Assembly: GCF_001194135.2 (NCBI RefSeq)
Contig: NC_068981.1
Coordinates: forward strand, 37,307,235 to 37,371,234
Length of the DNA stretch: 64,000 bases
Source of the DNA: Octopus bimaculoides
Lineage: Eukaryota
Direction of reading: 5' to 3'
Of the stretch, positions 26,541 to 39,359 are shown piece by piece; position 1 is the stretch's first letter; every line of letters starts with the position of its first letter. The notes below the pieces were generated by a model. The model searched no databases. It was not told the origin of the DNA and saw only the letters and a program-made list of their open reading frames with translations. The position numbers and the translations under genes were made by a program.

Positions 26541-26576
26541 GGTTGTCAAGCGATGTTGGGGGGACAAACATACAGA

Positions 26577-26621
<45 letters not shown>

Positions 26622-26749
26622 GATGAGCTTCTTTGGTTGGCCTGAGGCTATAGTAGAAGACACTTGCCCTAGGTGCCAAGTAGTGAGACTGAACCTGGAA
26701 CCATGTGGTTGGTAAGCCAGCTACGTACCACACAGACACGTCTGTGCCT
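26541..26749 (-). mobile_element. tRNA-derived SINE, family B (internal (TA)n/(TG)n), 3'-truncated
   Basis: Reverse complement matches 31682-31925. Confidence 0.85.
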
Positions 26750-27829
26750 ATATATATATATTCTGCTGAGTAGTGAAGTGAAACAAAAGGAAATGAAAGT
26801 CTAACTCCAGTTTCAGTGATAATTCATTTTATCATAATAATTTGGAAAATGAATATGTTTTTGATGTATGATCAGTGAACAACAAATTCTACTCCATTAA
26901 TTTAGAATTTCTACTTGATAATATTTATTTAAAACGATGAAATTCAGAATACTTTCCAGTGTTTATTGTTTAAATTGTGGCATTTATATTTGTAAAATTA
27001 ATGTAAAGAAGTAAATTGATGGAATAATTAAAGTGGTGAATAATTGCCCTGTAGATTGCATATTACAAGCATGCTACCGGCATAATGTTTTGTGAATTAT
27101 AAGCATATTGGAATATTTCATTCATTTCATTAAGAGTTGTTTAAATGATGGTCCCTGCTATAAGCAACAGTAATAATACATATATGCTTGTATGAGTACA
27201 TATATATTTGTATACTGCCAGTAGCTCTGCATTGTACTTATAGTCAAGAAAGTTAATTCTTAAATGAGTCAGTGCAAGTAGTTGAAAACTGGTGTGGAAA
27301 AGCAGGAATAACTTGCTGTTATAGGCTGTAGCAGTACTATAAATGTCATAAGTGATGTAGCTTTTAGCACTGAAGGATAGCAAAGTAAAAGTGTTGTGGC
27401 TTATTCTATTGCCAAGTTTAACACCACCATCTGGTCCTTACAGGAGTTCAGCAAAGCCAATTGAGTTATAAGTATTCAGACCAGAATATCATCAGCTTGA
27501 AGACAAATTCTTTCCTTCTACAAATCTTGAAGGTCCTGAAATGGACCATGAGATACTACCTTTCCTCCTCTGGCTTTACCATTTAAAATTAGAAATATTC
27601 AATGCAGGCCAAAACTTACTCAACTTTCTTAGCCTACTTCACTATTATATCTAGACTTTAATTCTGATAGTTCTGATTATGGTACCTTACAATTATATCT
27701 AGTTTCTAGTTCTGATAGCACAATTAAGGTGCATTAGTGCATCCATATTATATCTATCATGCTCAGGCATTCACCAACAAGTAGAAATTGTACTTGACTA
27801 TAAGAGCCTTTATGACAATGATACATATG

Positions 27830-28060
27830 AATTCAAATTACTGTTGTTTAACTCCATTTCATCTCTGATCAAATAGCTATGATCAAAAGACATTCCAACT
27901 GTGGCTGTTTCATCCATTTTGCTTTTCAAATGTATTGTTTCTATAATCCCCTTACCTAATATGTCCTGTTTTTAAAATAGTAGTGTATGATTTGAGGGAG
28001 ATTTTCCAATTGATTTTAGCAGGTCAGATAACCATAGAGACGTTTCCTCACTTGCTATAA
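27830..28060 (-). mobile_element. Short interspersed repeat family D (ends GGGGCTAAACAACAACAA in its sense orientation), diverged
   Basis: Similar segments at 28200-28350 (-), 35010-35230 (-), 35860-36040 (-) and 61130-61335 (+), sharing CTGCTAGAAATAG..CAAAT..CTCAAATCACAC. Confidence 0.55.
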
Positions 28061-29209
28061 TTTTAAGTGTTTCATGTTGAAAAAATGCTCTCTAACTTTT
28101 TGCTCAAGAAGCAAACATGTATCTCTTTAGGAAAGAAATGATTTATTTTTCAGGAAAAAAAAAATCTTACTGCTTAAAACAAATTTAAGGAGTCCAATAC
28201 TGCTAAATAGCTGTTGCTGTTGTTCAAGTCAGAACTGATTCACCAGACCAGTGATCAAAGGCATTCCAGTCATGACCAAATCTTTTTTTTTAGGGATGTT
28301 TAGTAATACATTATTGAATGCATTCTCTTTTTCAAATAGCTGCCATTTCTAACAGGCCAAACAACCAGAATGTGGCTTCTTTTATGGATTGTTATTTAAT
28401 AGGGTAGATCTACAGAGGCAGGAGGAGAATGGGTCAAGTATGATCAATTTGATATAAATAATCAAGATGTATGAAAAGCCAATTAGATGTGAGGTGACAG
28501 GGTTATAGGCATTAAAGACATCGTGTAGGAGAGACAGTTCTTGACAGCAATTACCAACTACTCTTGACAGCTAAGTGTTTGGTGAATGCTTTTCTTCTTG
28601 CTACACATTCCACAAACAACATAAACCCGCATCCCCAAAACCACTTTCAGCTTGTTTAAGCTATGCAGACACAGAAATCCATTTTTAAAAAATACTATTA
28701 GTTAGTCTGCGGAGAAGAAGCAATGCCTAACACCTTTGCAGGGTTTACCAGACTGGCTCATTTGATGCTCAGTATGAATATCTTTACAGAGAAAATATGG
28801 GTGGGAAGATAATTCAAAAGGGATTATTGGGCAACTTGTTTAGTATGGAATCTGAGAGATGAGAAATAGTAAAGATGTTGAGAGAAGAAAAGAGGGATGT
28901 GCTAAGTGAACCAGGGGTGGAGAATGGAAACGTAATTTGGAAGAAGCTGTCTATCATTAATAGTTGGTCAGCATTTACCCACCATTACAATGACAGAAAT
29001 TTGCTCACTGGGAAGTTTAAGCTTGTTAATAAGGCTATAACAAGCACATTACATCAGCAGCACTCAAGACACAATTGCTACACACATTAAGGAAGCAATG
29101 TTGTACTAAGACTTAATATATATATATTAATAATACACAATTTAAACCTTTTAAGTGGCTGCAAGTGCTAGGTTTGAAAAACTCTAACAATCTCTCATGG
29201 CATTGACAC

Positions 29210-29600
29210 ACACATATATAACCCTGCCAAAACTGCATTCCAAAGACATAGCATCTCCTTCAAGACCACAAGATAATTCAACTATCGTAAGTTGCTGATA
29301 CCCTACAAAGCTCAAGTAGAATCCTTATGGTTGTACCTTTTATATATCAGCAGTAATACTGCTGTGATACGCATTAACATTCTAAACTGCAAGTAAAAGA
29401 AAGTTTTCAGCTGTTTGGCAAAGATTTATTCATCAATGCACTTTAACCAATGGGTCAATGATGTGATGTTTCTTCTTTCTGACTTATCTATAGCTACTAT
29501 GTTTGAATCTGCTCCTCTGATGTAACTGATGCAACACTTGACTCTTCTCTTCATTCATACTATGACTCTCTGTTCAGGCACCACACTAAACACTTTGACA
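29210..29600 (+). mobile_element. Decayed CR1/L2-group LINE C-terminal fragment
   Basis: HIYNPAKTAFQRHSISFKTTR*FNYRKLLIPYKAQVESL resembles HI..IAK.A..RL..L.R.R..F....LL.LYKAQVRP.LEY. Confidence 0.55.
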
Positions 29601-30643
29601 CTAGAGGCTATCTTCAGAATAGAACGATATGGAAAAACAGTAAGTGAAGAGGTGATCTGAATCTCAAAATATCGAAATGACCTATAATTTGAATGATGTG
29701 ATAAAGTTTTACATTGTAGGCCCAGCCAGTCTATGCCAGTATAAAAAAATGGACATTATCCTGCTCAGCATCAACGTTATCATCTCTATCATTACTTCCA
29801 TGATGATGATACCTAGAAAATGTTTGAAACATAGGCATAAGATAATTACTTGATGACTGTAATCGATAACATTTCTAACATTGATTTTATAGCATTATAT
29901 CTATGAAAGTATAGACAAAGATATAAATTCATTGTACCTATCTGTCCATGAAATCATCTCATATCCCAAAGTTATTGTTATTTTGCTTTGCTATTTATCT
30001 CCATATGATCACCATAACCCTATCTTTTAAAGCCCAGATATATATGGAAGATCTGCGAAAAATTTTTTCCTTGTTGCCATAAAATTTTTTTATCAAGAAA
30101 TCTGCTAACATCGTTATTTATATTAATAACCAAACCAACAATCTCACTAACTTTTCAAATACATTAATATTTTTCAGAATTGTTACTCCATGTAATGCAC
30201 ACTGAACATCTGTCTTCACTATTTTCAATGCCTTTTCAGCTCTGCTCATCAGTTCTAATCATATTTGTTCATTTTCATTATCATTGTTATTGTGATTGTC
30301 ATCATCCTCATATTTTAGCAGCCAATTTTTTGTGCCGGTAGAATTTGTTGGGGCACATTTTCTATGATTGGATGCCATTCCTGTCACCATCCCCACTTGT
30401 TTTCAAGAAAGGTACCATTTCCCCATGACCAAACATATTTCAGATGGTTGGAAACAAAGAACATGCCTGTATATCAGGGTCACTTGTTTTGTTCATCACG
30501 TGATTTCAAGATGATGAAGCCCAAACTCACATTTACATGCACACATAAGCTTGTAGTTTACACACACATACACGTGTGTGTTTGTGCATATGTGTGCGTG
30601 TGTGTGTATGTGTGTGGTTGTGTGTATGTGTGTGCATCCTCAT

Positions 30644-31159
30644 CCTCATCATCATCATCATCATTATTTAGCATCTGTTTTCCATTCTGGTATGGGTTAG
30701 ATAGTTTTTACTGGGACTGGTAAACCTGAGAACTGTACCAAGCTCCAGTCTGATTTAGCCTGGTTTCTACGGCTGGACGCCTTTCCTAATGTTAACCACC
30801 CCAGGAGTGCAGTCACACTTTCATGTGTCATTGGCACAGGTGCCCTTTATATGTCACTGGAATAGGTGTCTTTTACGTGTCACCAGCACTGGCCACAACT
30901 ATGATTTAACTTGGCTTGACATGTCTTCTCAGCAGGAAATCACCCAGCAAATTGCTAAAGGTCCTGATCAATTGTCATTGCCTCTGCAAGACCCAACATC
31001 CAAAGATCATGCTTCACCACTTTGTCCCATGTCTTCCTGGGTCAACCTCTTCCATGGATTTTCTCCTCAGTTAGAGGTTGGCACTTCTTTATGCAGCTGT
31101 TCTCATCCATATGCACCACATGACCATACCAGCACAGTCTTCTCTCTTGCACAACACAT
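30644..31159 (-). mobile_element. Older 5'-truncated RTE-clade LINE
   Basis: Minus translation CVVQERRLCWYGHVVHMDENSCIKKC..GRG*PRKTWDKVVKHDLWMLGLAEAMT, followed by a diverged 3' UTR and (GAT)n tail. Confidence 0.9.
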
Positions 31160-31480
31160 GAGAGAAGGCTGTGCTGGTATGGTGATGTGATACATATAGA
31201 CATATATATGTAGCAACTTGGGTTAGAAATAACTGAACTTTAGGTTAGCTAAAGTGATTAGAAATAGCAGCAATTAGAAATAAATGAACTTTAGGTTAGC
31301 TAAAATATGTGTGTGACATATCTCAACTTCTAAAGATATGGTATTTTTGCACCTTTTACCATAGGAGAGAATTCTTTATTTGTGGTAGCTGCAGTGAAAT
31401 TGCCTTTACAAGCTGAAATATGTCATAAACATATTTTAACTAACCTTACGAAAACATATATATACATTTATATATATGCA

Positions 31481-32305
31481 TGCAGGAAAGGCTATGTGGT
31501 AAGTAGCTTGCTTACCAATCACATGGTTCCAGGTTCAGTCCCACTGCATGGCATCTTGGGCAAGTGTCTACTATAGCCTTGTGGTGACTAAAGCCCTGTG
31601 AGTGGATTTGGTACATGGAAACTGAAAGAAGCCCATCGTATATATATATATATATATATATGCATATGTATGTATGTATGTGCGTAGGGGGGGGGGGCTG
31701 TGTGGTAAGTAGCTTGCTTATGAACCACATGGTTCCGGGTTCAGTCCCACTGTGTGGCACCTTGGGCAAGTATCTTCAACTATAGCCTCGGACCGACCAA
31801 AGCCTTGTGAGTGGATTTGGTAGATGGAAGCTGAGGGGGGCCCGTCGTATATATGTATGTATATATATATATGTATGTGTATGTGTCTGTGTTTGTCCTC
31901 CCCAACATCGCTTGACAACCGATGCTGTTGTGTTTAAGTCCCCGTAACTTAGCGGTTTGGCAAAAGAGACTAATAGAATAAGTACTAGGCTTCCAAAAAA
32001 TAAATCGTGGGGTCGATTTGCTCAACTAAAGCTGGTGCTCCAGCATGGCAACAGTCAAATGACTGAAACAAGTAAAAGAGTAAAAGAGTAAGAATATGTT
32101 TGTGTGTCTGTGTTTGTCCCCACCCAACATCGCTTGACAACCAATGCTGGTGTGTTTTTACATCCCTGTAACATTAGCGGTTCAGCAAAAGAGACTGATA
32201 GAATAAATACTAAGCTTACAAAGAATAAGTCCTGGGCTCGATTTGCTCGAATAAAGGTGGTGCTCCAGCATGACTGCAGTCAGATGACTGAAACAAGTAA
32301 AAGAA
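31481..32305 (+). mobile_element. Head-to-tail cluster of family B tRNA-derived (CORE-like) SINEs: 5' half, full copy, 3' half
   Basis: Head GGCTGTGTGGTAAGTAGCTTGC..GGTTCAGTCCCACTG occurs twice (31481 and ~31695). The 3' half ending GACTGAAACAAGTAAAAGA occurs twice (to ~32095 and 32305). The CCTTGGGCAAGTG segment is CORE-like. Confidence 0.85.
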
Positions 32306-32321
32306 TATATATATATATATA

Positions 32322-32562
32322 NNNNNNNNNNNNNNNNNNNNNNNNNNNNNNNNNNNNNNNNNNNNNNNNNNNNNNNNNNNNNNNNNNNNNNNNNNNNNNN
32401 NNNNNNNNNNNNNNNNNNNNNNNNNNNNNNNNNNNNNNNNNNNNNNNNNNNNNNNNNNNNNNNNNNNNNNNNNNNNNNNNNNNNNNNNNNNNNNNNNNNN
32501 NNNNNNNNNNNNNNNNNNNNNNNNNNNNNNNNNNNNNNNNNNNNNNNNNNNNNNNNNNNNNN
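32322..32562. other. Assembly gap (N)
   Basis: Run of N. Confidence 1.
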
Positions 32563-32570
32563 TATATATA

Positions 32571-32720
32571 GTATTAGGGAAAAGTATTATCTTGATCTTA
32601 TGATATTTACTTTGTATTATATTATACTTATTTATTGTACTTTTAATTATAAATTTTTTCTATATGTGACAGCGGATTTTCATCGATGAGTTCATAAACC
32701 TTGGTTCTTTTCCCTAATAC
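32571..32720. mobile_element. 150-bp MITE-like element embedded in (TA)n
   Basis: Perfect 14-bp TIR GTATTAGGGAAAAG (32571-32584) / CTTTTCCCTAATAC (32707-32720), extended on both sides by TA repeats. Confidence 0.7.
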
Positions 32721-33262
32721 TATATATCTATATATTTATATATATTTTATACTGTGAAACTTAATTTAATTTTAATTTTTAGTAAATATATATATGACAG
32801 GATTCTTTCTGTTCCCACCTGCAACATTTTGGTCAACCTAGAGCTATAGCAGAAAACACATGCTCAAGGTCCGTACTGTGGGATTGAACTTGAAAAGATA
32901 TGGTTGGGAAGCAAGGTTCTTAACCATACACCCATATTTGTGCCAATACATATATTTTTATTAGAACTGTTATGTCACTCATAATTGAATTTTTTGTGCC
33001 TTATCATTGATGATAATGTCTATTAATTTACAAATGTTATTTAGAGTTAAACCCTGTACATTATAGAGGGAATTTTCTTTTTATTTATTTCGACTGAAAT
33101 ATTAAAAGTATAGAATGCAAGTAAGAGGCATCAATCTTCTTAACTAACTTTATTCATTCCATATAAGTTCATGATAACTTCCAAACTTTTTAATAAATAC
33201 TGTTAATCTTCTTAATTTATGACCTCTGTCATTGTTCATTGAAATCACTATATCCCCATTTA

Positions 33263-33684
33263 CATCATCATCATCGTTTAACGTCCGCTTTCCATGCTAG
33301 CATGGGTTGGACGATTTGACTGAGGACTGGTGAAACCAGATGGCAACACCAGGCTCAAATCTAATTTGGCAGAGTTTCTACAGCTGGATGCCCTTCCTAA
33401 CGCCAACCACTCAGAGAGTGTAGTGGGTGCTTTTACGTGTCACCCGCACGAAAACGGCCACGCTCGAAATGGTGTCTTTTATGTGCCACCCGCACAAGCC
33501 AGTCCAGGGGCACTGGCAACGATCTCGTTCGAAAATCATACGGGAGTCAGTCAGGCGGTACTGGCAACGGCCACGCTCAAAATGGTGCATCTCATGTGCC
33601 ACCCACACAAGAGCCAGTCCAGGGCCACTGGCAACGATCTTACTTGGCTTGCCGGGTCTTCTCACGCACAGCACATTTCCAAAG
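33263..33684 (-). mobile_element. Young 5'-truncated RTE-clade LINE
   Basis: Near-identical to 24381-24810, including the internal duplication in the 3' UTR; (GAT)n tail. Confidence 0.95.
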
Positions 33685-36600
33685 CATATCCTATACATTT
33701 CATCCTACTTCACATTTTACAAGACATTAATTTTTCCCTTTCCTCATCTATTTTACAGCCATTTCATTACATGTTTTGCTTTGCACATCACTGAATTTAA
33801 TCGTTCACCCTGCAACCCCACTTAACATCATTTGATGTGTGAAATTTCGATACATTAAGTTGATGTCAGAAATATTCTTTAACAAGTCCATCTCAAGATC
33901 TAACTCCTCTTCAAGTCTTGCAATATCTAGGAAATACTTATCTGTATTTGCACTATTAAGTCTATTTGTCAACATTGATTGTTTAATGTTCTCTTCTATC
34001 AAAGCTTTTACATTTATCTTTACTTTGGTAAACAAGTGACAGATTTTCTAATGTTAAAAGCTCTTCTATTTTTAATGATTCTGCACACTGTGTGAGAGGA
34101 ACAGAAACAAATATTTTTTTTTTCTGTTTACAAAGTTGTTAGAGGATTTACAAAATTAAAACCTGGTCATAAACACATGCTAGTGATAATAAAAGATATT
34201 TGGGAATGAGAAAATATTGTTATATCAATCTTTAGCAAAAGAAAACTCTCTATGTTTTAATAGTAAATTGATGAAAAAATGAGACAAAAATGGAACACAC
34301 TGATATACAGAAAATATGGTTTTTAACTTAAGTGAAGTTTTTACTCTCTCTTTCTCAGTTTATTTTTTCATCTTTTCCAGCTACTTGTCCTGAAAATCTA
34401 TCAATGGAATTTATGGCAATGACAGATCTGTCAAATAAAAGAAATTACTTCCTTCTTTTAGCAGATTCTTCAATACAAATTGAAGTTCCATTAGAGGGAA
34501 TATGGATTCTGTGATAGGTATTTCAAGAAGCACTAAGTATTTTATCAAAGTATTTCCTAATCCTGAAATAATCAAGAAAATAAATGAACACATAAATGTT
34601 TCCTAACTTTTATTTGATCAGAATATTCAATATCACAAAAAAAGTATTCTATAAAATAGCTTCCACTTATATTTAACAGTTCAAAATAGAGTTAATTTTA
34701 GATTGATGTATTCTTTCTCATAGTTGCTTTTTATTACACATATTTGCAATTTTTTGTCCCCCTTGTCAGGATCGCAGTGAAAATTATTTTTAAGCATAAT
34801 TATGAAATAAATATGTTCTATAGAACATTTTTTAAGGGAAGATGCATTTTCTTCTGAAAATGTTCACCAACTTAAAATTACACCTTATGTTTACAAGATG
34901 ACACCTGTCATATTATTTAATGAACTTTACACCATTTTTAAAAAATACAAATTTATTTTTGAAATCTTATTAATAGTGCTTATGATTGAACAACATCCCA
35001 TTAATTAAAAAAATTGTTGTTGTTTAGCTTCAGCTCAGCCATTGTTTGAGTAGACTTATAATTAAAGACATTCCAAACTTGGTCATCATATCTTATTTCA
35101 GGTACTGTACATCTAGGACTGTACTATGGTTTCTTTCTCCTTTTAAGATAGTAGGATGCAATTTGCTAGATACTTGGTTACTATTTCTAGCAGGTCTAAT
35201 GACTGCATAGAGACTTTCTTCAGTTCATTGTTAAAGGAATGGACTCTTCTGGTGTAATACTTTGCTGAAATTCTCCTAAAGACAGCCAACCAAATTAATC
35301 TTCTCAACAGGTAAAATTAATTGACTATCGTAAAATAGCTAGTAATCAAGTAAGTGTAGTTAAATGAAGCAATAAAATGGTTGTAATTGGTAAACAGTTT
35401 TCAGTAAGACAAGACATACTAATGGATTTAAATATGAGAGGAAGTTAGAAGTGCAAGATACAATCAACACAGCTTGAACTAATGTAGTTACAGAAAATTA
35501 GAGTTCCTCTAGAATAAACCTAATAGAGCTATTTAATAAAGTTAATTAACTTAAGTGAAACACTTTATTTCTGACTATTCTATGTTTCAACATGATGACA
35601 TTGTGGAAATAAATTAGTAGTTTTATTTGTTTATTTGTTTTCTTCTAAGACTGAATTCTGTAGTACTTCTAACAATTGGCTCAACAAGACCAAATTCCAA
35701 ATTAGTTTTGGTTTAGGGTTAGAATAAAAAAAAAACCTTTTACTAAACAGAAGCAAGTTTGATTTAGATCAATTTAGACAAATAAAAAAATAAATAAACA
35801 AACAAACAAACAAGCAAATAAATAAATAGAGTATTAGGCTTTAGTTGTCATTTATCTTCAGGTAATCCCTTAATAAGTAGCCATGATAATTTTCTGGGTT
35901 ATTTTCAGACATAGTGTCTTTAGGATTACATTATCCTTCCAATATGACCTGTCTTTTATAAGATGGACAGTATGTGTTTTAAGAGTGTTTTACTTCTTAT
36001 TTTTTGAGGTCAAGTGATGACCACACAGATCCATTCACATTAGCTTTATTAGGCTTCAGTAAAAGTGAATAAAAATTTGTGTAACCCTATATTTTCTGTT
36101 TGAGAATTGTCAACAGTGGATAGACATGAAAGATCTAGCCCAAGTACTAGGATGAGCTTAATACATAAGACCTTAGAAAAGTAAGCTTCAGGGATGAGAA
36201 AATGCATTATAGGAAGGAATACTGATAAAGTGAATAAAGTGCCATTTTGCAGAGTGTCTAAAGCATCTCATGAAAACTTAGATATTAAACTAATGGTGAT
36301 GAGAAGGAATATATCAAGTGACTATGAAATACAATAAAATAAGAGAAGGTTGAATTGACAAAGATAATCAGCACTTTGAGATCCCAGCTTTAATTGTATC
36401 TTCACTATTACAGCATATATCAATTTAAAAGTAAAATATTCAGTATCTACTATATTGACAAATATAATTATTTAATTAAAATGTGTGGTAAGTGAATATA
36501 GATGTAAATACTTTAGCCTAATAAATAATTCTCTTAAAAGACTTGAAATTCTTCCATTCTATTAATAAATTTCTTCAATTCCAAATGGCTTATGAAATAA

Positions 36601-39359
36601 GTGTGGCAACATTCCAGCATATATTTGTATATCTAGATAATATATTTAAGAATTTGGATGATCTCTGAGACTCTGTGAATTGGAACAGTTAACTAATGAA
36701 ATATTTCCATCTTTCCATCTGAATAGAAACCTTTCTATTTGATCACATAAGCAGGGAGTTTTACTAATTAATTTATCAGTATCTTTGGCAATACTGAAAC
36801 TCTAAAAACTCATTAACAATGATAATTCATTACATTTAGATATATATATTATAAAGCTATGCTGAAATTGAAAATATCTCAACAGAAAAAAAAAAAAAGA
36901 CAAGAATATAACTGCTTAAGGTATTGGAATTGGTTATCAATTGACAGCAAACAACAATACACAGCAGTTCATTCTAGTTTTCATTTAAATCATTTTTATT
37001 GATGCATACATTCAACAGATTTTCAATTTCTTCATTGTGAAATTTAGCTCATATAATAAAGTTTCCCCCACATTAGAGATATTGTTTCAACAGAGATTGA
37101 GTTGATTCATTCGTTTTATGCCAGATTTTCCATGTTAGCGTGGGTCAGATGAGTACTTATCATTGAAGTGCTTTACCACCAGTTGTCCTTCCTGCCACCA
37201 ATCCTTGTCTGTTATTTACATAAATGTTATCTACACTTCTCTTTAGAAGTAGAGAACTAAAGAACAGTTCCATGACAGGCAAGTTCAACATAATGTCACC
37301 CTTTGTACACACACACGTGTGTGTGTGCATGCACAATGGGCTTTGATACAGTTTTCACCTACTACTTCCATTCAGTCATTGATCAGTTCAAGACTGCTAT
37401 AAAAGATGTCTGTCAAAGATGCCATGCAGTGAGATAGAACTCAGAACCAGTGACTATGAAGCAGACTTCATATCCTCATAACCATGCCTGTGCTTTATTC
37501 TCTAAAAACATTATTGGAGATTCATTATTCAGAGACACCATCTTTACAAAAACAATAATTAACATACTTTGTCTAATGAACAAATATGGTAATTAAAAAT
37601 AATTACACAGTAGGGTAAAGACAATATTTGCCTGTTGAATATTATTTTAATAATTTCAATAAGAATGGCATTCATCTCTAAACATGCTTCAGAAATATTG
37701 AACCTTCTCAGCAAAGTATAAAATTGTACTTGCTGAAGAAGAGATGAGAAAAACCACAAAGTGAATGTGGTGTATTGTATTCGAGGAGCCATAATTATTT
37801 CAAGTTAAATTCTTGATACTTATTCCAACAAATAAGTTAGCAATAGTTTTATACTTTGCATACTTTGATGGCATTCACAGCACTTTTATCATTTTATATC
37901 CTTTTATATCAACTATATCACATATTAAAATTCATCCTCTTATTCTTTGTGCTATCCAGTTCAGTCGATTATTTTATTATATTAATGTAACACATATTGT
38001 TCTTCTATTTATGTCATAGGCACAACAATATGTACACTTTTTGCGATCTCTTCAACCCTATCTTGAAGAAGACAGGCATTTGCCCATGCATGCATGTTTC
38101 CCCCTCTCTTCACCACCAGTGTTTATTCATGAAGAAAGGCCACTAACTTGGACTGATAGAGCTAAACATCTGTATTGTGGCAAACATTGCTGTTAAAATG
38201 CAAAGAAACAGAAAAGATACTTCAAGATATTTAGTCCAACTTTCTAGCTGTTCTAGTAACCAACCACCTTGGATTTTATATTTTATTGACCCCCAAAAGG
38301 ATGTAAAGCAAAGTTGACCATAGTAAAATTTGAACTCAGAGTGAAGAGAATTGTAACAAATACCATGAAGCATTCCATGCAATGCCCTAGCAATACTGCC
38401 ATTTAGTTGCCTTCATGTATTTTAGAGAAGACATGTACATAATATAATACAACTTAGTACCTGACCTATATTTTATTGACACTGAAAGAAAGACAATGTA
38501 GAACCCAGAGGACCTGAATTAAGAATACAAGGGACTTGACTAATTACTGCAAGCATTGCATCCAACACTCTACCATCTCCTCCACACCACTACTTTAAAT
38601 AATAATAATGATGATAACAACAACAACAATAACAACAACAGTAACAACAACAATGAGAATAATGTTAATAATTATGATGATGATGATGATGATTTTGGCA
38701 CAAGGCCAGAAAGTTTGAAAATGCTGTGTAGTCCCTCAGATCAAACATCTATATTGGCCAATTCTTAGTTTATTGATCACAAGTAAGATGAAAGACAAAA
38801 TTGACTTCAGCAAATCTGAACCCAAAAGATAAAAGACTTAACAAAATACCACAAGGCATTTAGAACTTTGCTGAATGGTGTTTGTCACTCAATGAGAGCT
38901 TGGCAAGATTGGAATTCATTAATTAGGAAATATCTGCTTCTCTACTGTAACACACAAATTCCCTCATCGTGAATTAAGATAATTGTATTATAATTATCAG
39001 GAAGTACTTGAGTCTTTGAGAAGTGCTAAATCAAAATCGTGAGACACAATACTAGCAAATATAAGGAGTAACTCTGCTTTGAATTCACTTTCAAGAGAAT
39101 ATACTGCCAAGTGGCATTAGTTAAAGATAAGAACATTATTACAACAATTGGAATGCAACTAATATGTATGTGTGTATCGGGTGGTGGTGTGGGAGTGCAT
39201 GTGTATGTATGCATATATGTGTGCGCGTGTGTGTATAGCTTTTTTATATATTAAGAAAAAGAAGGTAGTCAGGATTTGGATTTAAAAAATATATTTTTAG
39301 TGCTTTCATTCCTTTTGTCAAACCCTGACTACCATCTTTTTCTTAATATATATATATTT

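Noticed and set aside
31695-31760. tRNA-like A/B boxes (also in family A SINEs)
   Set aside because: They are SINE heads; no cloverleaf or anticodon arm, so not tRNA genes.
32104-32571. Long ORFs containing X runs (also 52940-53533 and 57424-58344)
   Set aside because: They run through assembly gaps.
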